Assembly: GCA_964580215.1 (NCBI GenBank)
Contig: CAZOJT010000001.1
Location: forward strand, 126,475-190,474
Direction of reading: 5' to 3'
Origin: an uncultured Ignavibacteria bacterium
Lineage (GTDB): Bacteria > Zixibacteria > MSB-5A5 > SM1-73
Length of the DNA: 64,000 nucleotides
Within the stretch, counting starts at the first letter, position 1. Each line of letters starts with the position of its first letter. The notes under the pieces are model-generated. The model saw nothing but the letters and a program-made list of their open reading frames with translations. It ran no database searches and was not told where the DNA came from. Positions 56,640 through 64,000 of the stretch are shown one piece after another. The position numbers and the translations under genes were made by a program.

Positions 56640-56720
56640 TCTACCTCACGCCTTTTGTTCCCCTTCAGGGTGAATCCTTCAGGGTGAACCCCTCTCCATG
56701 AAATGGAGAAGGGGATAGGG
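56640..56720. repeat. Repeat family D copy (ccttcagggtgaatccttcagggtgaacccctctccatgaaatggag)
   Basis: Matches 61650-61700 and 20085-20110. Confidence 0.5.
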
Positions 56721-56985
56721 AGTGAGGATTTTTGAGTTGTAGGTCGGATATGTCTCGCCAGAGGCGGGACTATCCGACATTTGTTCTGTCCGAAACCACC
56801 GCCTTTGGCGGGGATTTCGGACCTACAATTGACTCAAATTTGAACCAAATCATTAAATTATTAAAATAAAATGTCGAAATTCTTATGGAAAGTTAAAAAT
56901 TTCTGCAACATCCCCATATTCACAACGTATAGTATTCTAAGTTAGAATAGTATAGATTATAATAACTCTGGGAGAGAGCGGCTTT

Positions 56986-57525
56986 ATGACCAAAAATGAG
57001 CTTGTGGTATTGGGGCTTTTAGACCAGACGCCCATGCACGGCTATCAGCTCTATCATGAAATAGAGAGAACCAGAATGGAGCATTGGGCTCAGGTCAACT
57101 TGGCATCCATATACAATACCCTCAATAGATTAGAGCAAAAGGAGATGATAGAGCCAAAAAAGGAAAAGCCCGGACGGATGCCAGAGCGAAGTGTATATCA
57201 CATTACTAAAAAAGGAAAAGAGAAATTAGCCTCATTGGTGGAGCAAACCCTGAAGGCCAGTCAAATACCTCAAAGCAATTTCGTGGTGGGGGTTGCTTTT
57301 ATCAAAGGTTTGTCAAAAAAGAAAGCTCTGGATTGTCTTAAATTTAAGGAGGAGGTTTTCCAGAAAACCTTAAAGCACCTACTAAAAGCCGACAAAGATG
57401 AAGGAGCGAACATGCCCTTCCATTGGAAATTTATTCTGCACAGTGGAATAGATCACATGAGATTGGAGATCAAGAGAATAAACGATCTGATAAAACAGAT
57501 ACAAAAGATGCGAAACTGGAAATAA
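56986..57525 (+). CDS. PadR-family transcriptional regulator
   Basis: wHTH LGLLDQTPMHGYQLYHEIERTRMEHWAQVNLASIYNTLNRLEQKEMIE with a C-terminal dimerisation helix. Confidence 0.8.
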   Translation: MTKNELVVLGLLDQTPMHGYQLYHEIERTRMEHWAQVNLASIYNTLNRLEQKEMIEPKKEKPGRMPERSVYHITKKGKEKLASLVEQTLKASQIPQSNFVVGVAFIKGLSKKKALDCLKFKEEVFQKTLKHLLKADKDEGANMPFHWKFILHSGIDHMRLEIKRINDLIKQIQKMRNWK

Positions 57526-57553
57526 TCTTAGAAGCGAAAGAGAGGAAGAGGTA

Positions 57554-58480
57554 ATGAAAAAAGTGATTTTATGGCTGATTCTGGTAGCCATTATCGGCTT
57601 TTTGGGCTATAGAGTCTGGGTGGCTTATCAGCGAAGCCAGATAAAAGAAGTTGAAAAGACAGAAGAAATCCCGCCGGTTCAAATCGAGGTGGTTAAAACC
57701 AGCCCTCTTACTGAATCATTAAATCTGACCGGGGATGTCAAGGGGATAGAGGAAATAAACGTTTTCCCCAAGGTTTCGGGAAAGTTAGTGGAGATGAAGA
57801 TCAGAGAGGGAGACCGGGTCAAAAAAGAACAGGTCTTAGCCATCATTGACAGAGATGTGGAGGGTATGAGATTCGAGCAAGCGGAGGTGACCTCCCCGGT
57901 AAGAGGAATTGTGGGAACAGTCTATCTGGACAAGGGAGCAAGGGTTAACCCGCCTGAGCCGGGACCAAGCATGGGAACTGCCTTGTTGAGAATTGTAAAC
58001 ATGGATACAGTAAAAGTGGTGGTGTGCGTTATCGAAAAAGACCTGTCCAAGATAAAGCTTCATCAGAAAACCCGGGTCTTGGTGGCTGCCTATCCTGGCC
58101 AGATGTTCTCCGGAAAGATAACTTTGATCAGCCCCACCATAAACCAAATGACCAGAACTGCTTCGGTTGAGATCACCATTCCCAACCGAAATCATAAGCT
58201 CAAACCCGGTATGTTTGCTGAAGTAGAGATCATAATCAGAAAGCAAGACGACGCCATCTTAATACCTGCCTACGCTGTGCTTGAGCAAAGCAGTAACAAA
58301 AAAGTGTTCACTGTGGTGGATGGGAAGGCGGTGATGGGGCTGATCGAAGTAGGGATAGCTCAGGGTGACTTGGTGGAAGTAAAAAGTGGGCTTGATGCGG
58401 GGGATACTCTCATCGTGGCGGGTCACCATCAAGTCTCAAGTGGTGACTTAGTCAGTATAGTTAAGGGGGGTGCCGAATAA
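57554..58480 (+). CDS. Efflux RND transporter periplasmic adaptor subunit (membrane fusion protein)
   Basis: N-terminal TM, a lipoyl/biotinyl-like hairpin (VFPKVSGKLVEMKIREGDRVKKEQVLAII) and a beta-barrel domain. Its stop overlaps the permease start (ATAATG). Confidence 0.85.
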   Translation: MKKVILWLILVAIIGFLGYRVWVAYQRSQIKEVEKTEEIPPVQIEVVKTSPLTESLNLTGDVKGIEEINVFPKVSGKLVEMKIREGDRVKKEQVLAIIDRDVEGMRFEQAEVTSPVRGIVGTVYLDKGARVNPPEPGPSMGTALLRIVNMDTVKVVVCVIEKDLSKIKLHQKTRVLVAAYPGQMFSGKITLISPTINQMTRTASVEITIPNRNHKLKPGMFAEVEIIIRKQDDAILIPAYAVLEQSSNKKVFTVVDGKAVMGLIEVGIAQGDLVEVKSGLDAGDTLIVAGHHQVSSGDLVSIVKGGAE

Positions 58481-61400
58481 TGTTTCTGCCCAAATTCGCC
58501 ATCAAAAGACCGGTTACGGTCTTCATGATCTTCATTATGCTGGTCATCTTGGGGATAATTTCCTTCACCCAGTTGTCCATCGACCTTATGCCGGATGTCT
58601 CCTTCCCCATGGTAATGGTGGTGACCAGTTATCCGGGTGCAGGTCCCTCCGAGATAGAAACCATGGTCGCCAAACCCCTGGAGGGATCTTTGGCCGCCAC
58701 CAAAGATGTGAAGAATATCTTCTCCTATTCTCTGGAGGAGGTTTGTGCCATAATGATGGAGTTCGAATGGGGAACGGATATGGACGTGGCTGCCTCAGAC
58801 GTGAGAGAGAAGGTGGATTTGGTTCGCTGGCGTCTTCCCGAGGACGTAGAGAACCCCACCATCATAAAATTCGATCCCTCCATGATGCCCATTCTGTTTT
58901 TAGGCTTGTCCGGTGAGAGTCAAACCCCGGCGGAATTACGCTATTTAGCTGAGGAGATCATACAACCAAGACTGGAGAGACTGGATGGAGTAGCTGCAGC
59001 TATGCCCATAGGGGGATTGGAGAGAGAGATAAAGGTTGAGCTTAATCGAGCCAGATTGGAAGCTTTGGGAATCTCTGTGAGTCAGATCATCGGAGCCATC
59101 GGAGCCTCCAATCTGAATTTGCCCGGTGGACATCTTAAGTTTGGGCAGAAGGATTTTCTGGTTAGAACAACCGGAGAATTTAGCCAACCTTCTCAATTGG
59201 AAAATGTGATCATCTCCAATCATCAAGGTATTCCTATTTATCTAAAAGATGTGGCTGCAATCAGAGATGATTTTAAAGAGCAGACCAGCGTGGTCAGAGT
59301 GGGTGGAGGGCCCGGCATTATGTTGCTGGTGCAAAAGGAATCCAGGGCTAATACGGTGAAGGTGGCTGATAAAGCCAAAAAAGCTTTAAGAGATATTCAA
59401 AAGGTCCTTCCTTCCGATGTGGAGATTAACATAATTATGGATTCCTCCAAATACATAAAGCTCTCCGTGGGCAATGTGGAAAAATCAGCGTTGGAGGGGG
59501 GACTTTTAGCCATAATTATAATCTTGTTGTTTTTGAGAAGCTTCTCCAGTACCCTTATCATCTCGGTTGCCATTCCCATATCGGTTTTAGTCACTTTGAT
59601 TTTGCTTTACTTTGGTAAGATGACTTTGAACATCACCACTATGGGTGGTTTGGCTTTGGGAATTGGCAGGTTGGTGGATGACGCCATTGTAGTCTTAGAG
59701 AATGTTTTCCGACACCGACAGCAGGGCGAAAGACCCAAAGAGGCGGCGGTGATTGGCGCCAGCGAGGTCTCCACTGCGGTGTTAGCTGCCACCGTCACCA
59801 CCATCATAGTCTTCATCCCCATATTTTTCGTAGGGGGAATGGTGGGAATTCTCTTCCGCCCCATGGGTTACACCGTGGTCTTATCTTTAGCCGCTTCTTA
59901 CTTTGTGGCTATGGTCTTGATTCCCCTTTTAACCTCTAAGTTTTTGAAGGTGGAAAGAGTAGCAGTGTTAGGGAATCCGAAAAAGTTCACCATCGGGGGG
60001 AGGCTATTCAACTTAGGTCAGAAAACCTTTGATGCCATCGATGAGCAATATCATAGAACGGTAAGCTGGGCAATAACACATAAGAAAACCGTAGTCTTGG
60101 GGGTATTGGGGGTCCTTCTTGTCACCCTGCCCCTGTTAAAGTTCATAGGATCCGAGTTTACGCCTGAAACAGATGAAGGGCAGTTTGAGATTTCTGTCAA
60201 AATGCCCGTGGGGACAGAACTGAAACAGACCGAGAAAGTCTTGGTTCAGATCGAAAATATCGTAATTGAGAACGTACCCGAGTTAAACACAATGATGGTT
60301 AGAGGAGGAATTGAAGGAAAAGGGATAGCCGCACTCTCGGCTGTGTTCCAGGATATAACCGGTCCGCATGCCGCCACCGTTCAAATCCGCTTGGCCGATC
60401 GAGTCGAGCGAAAGCGTTCCATGTTCGAAATCATGGAGCTTCTACGTGGTAAGCTAAAGGACATTCCAGATGTGAATTTCAATATCAGAGCCAGTGGAAT
60501 GATGTCAAGGATGACCAGCTTTGGCGGAGCCGCCGCTCCTATTGTGGTGGAGATAAGAGGCTATGATCTGGAAACCGCACGGAGTTTGGCGGTCAAAGTC
60601 AAGGAGATACTGGAGGCAACACCCGGAAGCAGAGATGTAAGAATACAGCGTGAGGAAGGATTACCTGAACTGCAGATCAAAATCGACCGGGATCGGGCGG
60701 CCGCCCTGGGCTTAAATTTGGCTCAAATCGCCCGAACCATTCAGACCAATGTGGACGGGACCATTGCCTCTTTGTTCAGGGATCCAGAATTAGGCAAGGA
60801 ATATAATATTTTAGTTCAATTAAGAGAAGAAGACAGAAGGAATCTTTTGGACTTAGACCGAATCTTTATTACCTCTTATTCAGGCAAACAGATTCCTCTT
60901 TCCAATGTGGCTGAGGTGGTCAAAGCCGAAGGTCCGGTCAAAATCGATCGAAAGAATCAGGAGAGGATGCTTTTAGTTACCTCTCAGGCTTATGGTCGAC
61001 CCGCAGGGACTGTGGCGGCTGAGGTGGAGGACATGATCAAGAAGAGCTTAAGGGTGCCGCAGGACTTCTCGGTGGAAATGACAGGAAGCTATGAGGATCA
61101 GCAGGAATCATTTAAAATATTGATCTTAGCTTTGATTTTAGCCATTGTTTTAATCTACATGATCTTAGCCGCCCAGTTTGAATCTCTATTTGATCCGTTT
61201 ATAGTGATGTTCTCCGTTCCCTTAGGATTCATTGGGGTGATCTGGGGTCTGTTTTTAACCGGGCACACCTTCAGCATTCTTTCCTTTGTGGGGATGATCA
61301 TGATGGTTGGAATTGTGGTATCCAATGCCATACTTTTGGTGGACTACACCAACATCTTAAGGAGACGAGGGATGGAGCTTCATGAGGCGGTGGTCCAGGC

Positions 61401-61623
61401 GGGCAGAACCCGTCTGCGTCCCATTCTGATGACCTCCTTCACCACCATGCTGGCTTTGGTTCCTATGGCTTTGGGATTAGGAGAGGGTGGCGAGATCTAC
61501 TCTCCTATGGCAGTGGCGGTTATCAGCGGTCTTTTGGTCTCCATGGTGCTTACTCTGGTCTTTATCCCTACTTTATATACCATCTTTGAGGAGAGGCTGA
61601 AAAGAAAAATCTTTGTGCAATGA
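58480..61623 (+). CDS. Efflux RND transporter permease (AcrB/HAE family)
   Basis: 1047 aa, 12 TM with two large periplasmic loops. The N-terminus KFAIKRPVTVFMIFIMLVILGIISFTQL is typical of AcrB. Confidence 0.9.
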   Translation: MFLPKFAIKRPVTVFMIFIMLVILGIISFTQLSIDLMPDVSFPMVMVVTSYPGAGPSEIETMVAKPLEGSLAATKDVKNIFSYSLEEVCAIMMEFEWGTDMDVAASDVREKVDLVRWRLPEDVENPTIIKFDPSMMPILFLGLSGESQTPAELRYLAEEIIQPRLERLDGVAAAMPIGGLEREIKVELNRARLEALGISVSQIIGAIGASNLNLPGGHLKFGQKDFLVRTTGEFSQPSQLENVIISNHQGIPIYLKDVAAIRDDFKEQTSVVRVGGGPGIMLLVQKESRANTVKVADKAKKALRDIQKVLPSDVEINIIMDSSKYIKLSVGNVEKSALEGGLLAIIIILLFLRSFSSTLIISVAIPISVLVTLILLYFGKMTLNITTMGGLALGIGRLVDDAIVVLENVFRHRQQGERPKEAAVIGASEVSTAVLAATVTTIIVFIPIFFVGGMVGILFRPMGYTVVLSLAASYFVAMVLIPLLTSKFLKVERVAVLGNPKKFTIGGRLFNLGQKTFDAIDEQYHRTVSWAITHKKTVVLGVLGVLLVTLPLLKFIGSEFTPETDEGQFEISVKMPVGTELKQTEKVLVQIENIVIENVPELNTMMVRGGIEGKGIAALSAVFQDITGPHAATVQIRLADRVERKRSMFEIMELLRGKLKDIPDVNFNIRASGMMSRMTSFGGAAAPIVVEIRGYDLETARSLAVKVKEILEATPGSRDVRIQREEGLPELQIKIDRDRAAALGLNLAQIARTIQTNVDGTIASLFRDPELGKEYNILVQLREEDRRNLLDLDRIFITSYSGKQIPLSNVAEVVKAEGPVKIDRKNQERMLLVTSQAYGRPAGTVAAEVEDMIKKSLRVPQDFSVEMTGSYEDQQESFKILILALILAIVLIYMILAAQFESLFDPFIVMFSVPLGFIGVIWGLFLTGHTFSILSFVGMIMMVGIVVSNAILLVDYTNILRRRGMELHEAVVQAGRTRLRPILMTSFTTMLALVPMALGLGEGGEIYSPMAVAVISGLLVSMVLTLVFIPTLYTIFEERLKRKIFVQ

Positions 61624-61644
61624 TAGAGAGACTATTGAAAAACT

Positions 61645-61705
61645 TCATTAGGCAGGGCTGAATGCCCTTCAGGGTGAATCCTTCAGGATGAACCCTGCCC
61701 TATGG
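61645..61705. repeat. Repeat family D copy downstream of RND permease
   Basis: ggcagggctgaatgcccttcagggtgaatccttcaggatgaaccctgccc hairpin. Confidence 0.5.
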
Positions 61706-61805
61706 GTGATGAGACATTGTTGCCCATAGGGGCGGGAATTTATCCTGCCCCGAAGTGGGGTTTTTGAACACGCCCTAAAAACCGCAGAACAAAGGATAAA
61801 TCACG

Positions 61806-62093
61806 ATGAAACTAATCTTTTTGATATTCAACAGCCCCTTAGAGCCTGATGTGAAGGATCTTTTAAAAAAGGCTGAAGTGGCTCATTATACCCGCTGGGA
61901 AAAGGTCAAAGGAGTGGGCGAAACCGGTCCGCACTTCGACGATGAGGTCTGGCCATCGGTGAATATAGCCCTGATGTTTTCTTTGGAAAACGAAAAGAAA
62001 AACGAAGTAGCTGAGGGTGTGCGAAAAATCAGAGAGCAGTTTCCCGATGAGGGAATACGCATGTTGGTCTTGCCACTGGAGGAAATAGTGTAA
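61806..62093 (+). CDS. Small hypothetical protein (95 aa) inside the RND operon
   Basis: ORF with RBS-like aaaggataaatcacgATG between permease and TolC. No motif recognised. Confidence 0.35.
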   Translation: MKLIFLIFNSPLEPDVKDLLKKAEVAHYTRWEKVKGVGETGPHFDDEVWPSVNIALMFSLENEKKNEVAEGVRKIREQFPDEGIRMLVLPLEEIV

Positions 62094-62194
62094 AAACAAG
62101 AGCCAGGCTGAAGCCTGCCGCTATCGAATGGTATGGTAGCCGCACCCTTCAGGGTGCGAAAAACAGACTTTTTGCGTGTCCAGAGGAGGTAGGA

Positions 62195-63493
62195 ATGCTT
62201 TTCAGATATCTTTCAAGGATTACTTTAGTACTCTTACTGTTATTTAATTTTTGCGAGGCACAAGACAAGAGAATCAACTTGAATTTAGATCAAAGTCTTA
62301 AGATTGCTTATGAAAACAATAAAACTCTTTTGCAGTTACAAGAGAAGATCAATACGGCAAAATATCAAATAGATGAAGCTAAATCAGGCTTCTATCCGCA
62401 ATTGTCCTTCAGCGGAAGCTATACCCGTTTGGCAGAGGTTCCCGGCTTTGATATGGGAGGAATGGGAAAAGCCAAGTTGGGTACAGAGAACAATTATGAC
62501 CTTAAGCTTTCCTATCAACAACCTCTGTTCACCTGGGGAAAAATTCGGGCGGGATACGATATATCGAAATACAATCTTTCCCTAACCAGAGAGGAATATC
62601 GAAAGACAAAACAGGAGATAAAGTTCAACTTAGTCAATCTATTCTATAATATCCTTTTGGCTGAGGAATTGATCAAAGTCAGAGAAGAATCAATCGCCCG
62701 AATCGAGGACCATCTCAGCACAGTTCAAGAAAGATATGACAAAGGGTATGCCTCGGAGTTTGACGTATTGAGGGTCAAAGTCCAACTGGCCAATGCCAAA
62801 CCTCCTCTTGTGCAAGCGAAGAATCTTTATAGCTTAACCTTAGACAACCTGAAAAACCTTCTTGGAATCAGTTTGAAGGACTCGGTTGGTCTGGAAGGCA
62901 CCTTAGAGTTTCAACCTATAGAGGTGGATCAGTCTCGTGCGGAGGAATTTGCCTTCAAAAATAGATCTGAATTGAAGTCGATATTTCATCAGGGAAGAAT
63001 TGCCCAAGAAGCGCTGAATATTGCCAAAGCGACCAACAAGCCCAATTTGTTGGGAATAGCCAATTATGAATACAAAAAACCTTTCTATTTCAATGACGAA
63101 TGGGAAACGGATTGGAATTTCACCTTCCTGGTGACCGTTCCCATATTCGACGGGTTCCTGACCAGATCAAAGGTTCGTCAGGCAAGATCGGATTTAAAGC
63201 AGATAGATATTGCTGAAAAACAGATTCAGGATTTTATAAAATTAGAGATCAGTCAAGCCATCTCCGATCTAAATTTAGCCAAAGAGAATATCCTCTCCCA
63301 GGAGGAGAATGTAAAGCAAGCCAATGAGAGCTTGAGGATCGCCAAGGTGCAATACGGAAAGGGCATGTTGACTAACCTGGAGTTGATGGATACAGAGTTC
63401 GCCTTGACCGTGGCGGAGACCAATTATCTTCAGGCGCTATCAGATTATCTGATCGCCAAAGCCAAGTATGAAAAAGCGATCGGAAAAGATTAA
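62195..63493 (+). CDS. TolC-family outer-membrane efflux protein
   Basis: Signal peptide, then two OEP repeats (..LSLDQSLKIAYENNKTLLQLQEKINTAKYQIDEAKSGFYPQL.. and ..LELMDTEFALTVAETNYLQALSDYLIAKAKYEKAIG). Confidence 0.8.
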   Translation: MLFRYLSRITLVLLLLFNFCEAQDKRINLNLDQSLKIAYENNKTLLQLQEKINTAKYQIDEAKSGFYPQLSFSGSYTRLAEVPGFDMGGMGKAKLGTENNYDLKLSYQQPLFTWGKIRAGYDISKYNLSLTREEYRKTKQEIKFNLVNLFYNILLAEELIKVREESIARIEDHLSTVQERYDKGYASEFDVLRVKVQLANAKPPLVQAKNLYSLTLDNLKNLLGISLKDSVGLEGTLEFQPIEVDQSRAEEFAFKNRSELKSIFHQGRIAQEALNIAKATNKPNLLGIANYEYKKPFYFNDEWETDWNFTFLVTVPIFDGFLTRSKVRQARSDLKQIDIAEKQIQDFIKLEISQAISDLNLAKENILSQEENVKQANESLRIAKVQYGKGMLTNLELMDTEFALTVAETNYLQALSDYLIAKAKYEKAIGKD

Positions 63494-63525
63494 AAAAAAC
63501 AGGGTCATGGGGCAAAAAAATATAA

Positions 63526-63790
63526 TTACTAAGGGGAGCATATAATTGTTTACATCCCCCCTAAAGAAATGGGGGGAAGGGGGGATTCGTATGAATGCAT
63601 ACGCATTTGAAACTTGGAAAATCCCCCTAAATCCCCCTTTACTAAAGGGGGATTCGTATGAATGCATACGCATTTCAAGTCAAGCCCAAAACAGGTGTGG
63701 GAGAAAAAATCAATGCGAAGCTCGTATGAGTGCATACGCACATTCATACGAATAATAAAATGTAAACTGTTTCCTGCTCCTCTTAGTAAA
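63526..63790. mobile_element. MITE-like element B, copy 3 (full length, opposite orientation to copy 1)
   Basis: TIRs ttactaagg(g)gagcatataattgtttacat ... atgtaaactgtttcctgctcctcttagtaa. The internal ggggattcgtatgaatgcatacgcattt is duplicated. Confidence 0.65.
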
Positions 63791-64000
63791 TAAGTTCTTG
63801 TTCCGGCGGGATATTGTTCATTTGGATATTGAGATTATCCCGCCGAAACCCTATCTTCTGACAAGCCTTTTCATAGATGGTTCGGGGTTGCCCTTCAGGG
63901 CTTATTGAAAAAGCTACACTTCGGAGCGGGATGACGGAGACCCGTCTGGGAATTCCCGCTCCTATGGGAGACAATTACTTATCATCCATAGGCCAGGGCA

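Noticed and set aside
63540-63760. Direct repeats ggggattcgtatgaatgcatacgcattt occurring twice about 80 bp apart - possible mini-CRISPR array
   Set aside because: There are only two copies. The unit is itself palindromic and part of the TIR-bounded element B, which is also found at 48664 and 56427 with the same internal content. The 'spacer' is conserved between element copies, and there are no cas genes. Not CRISPR.
1-64000. tRNA, rRNA, tmRNA or RNase P genes
   Set aside because: I scanned intergenic regions for tRNA hallmarks (GGTTCGAATCC-like T-arm, TAGCTCAG D-arm) and found none. The large non-coding tracts (38.5-39.5 kb, 51.5-52.5 kb) do not resemble structured RNA genes I can recognise without covariance-model tools.

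Overview
This 64 kb window from a moderate-GC bacterium (probably an uncultivated lineage) is gene-dense and unusually rich in palindromic repeat and MITE-like families. These sit in most intergenic gaps, and two appear to be inserted in-frame inside coding sequences. On the + strand, in order, I see a CBS-domain fragment, an NRAMP metal transporter behind a tandem-repeat leader, and a PAS histidine kinase with a sigma-54 (NtrC-type) response regulator. A SAM methyltransferase, a DUF3795 protein and a repeat-flanked islet (EamA transporter, ClpP-fold S49/SDH-like peptidase, small membrane protein) follow. Downstream are YjbQ and MtnA, a DUF362 protein, a Tat-signal AmmeMemoRadiSam-type radical SAM enzyme, a membrane-fused spermidine-synthase-like protein and a GlcE-like FAD protein. 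Next comes threonine dehydrogenase (tdh), separated from kbl by an AT-rich single-polypeptide Type IIG-like restriction-modification gene plus an acetyl-CoA-synthetase-like ligase and an ACP. These are followed by an ECF S-component, a decayed GAF histidine kinase, a GH35 glycosidase and an archaemetzincin carrying an in-frame stop. Minus-strand genes include a GNAT acetyltransferase, a 1214-aa AAA-TPR-wHTH-BTAD (STAND-like) regulator with permuted domain order, class I fumarase alpha/beta and ElbB. They also include a partly decayed toxin-antitoxin island around a lone rpmA that contains an AT-rich PD-(D/E)xK-like orphan, and mcsA-mcsB-clpC split by a MITE. A PadR regulator and an RND efflux operon (MFP, permease, small ORF, TolC) close the window. 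The best candidates for undescribed systems are the GC-shifted pair of an unknown 399-aa protein with a GIY-YIG nuclease (53074-54880), the PD-(D/E)xK-like orphan in the toxin-antitoxin island (44090-45166), the repeat-flanked peptidase islet, and the in-frame palindromic insertions in coding sequences. All calls rest on reading the sequence and recalling protein-family motifs. No database search or computation was run.
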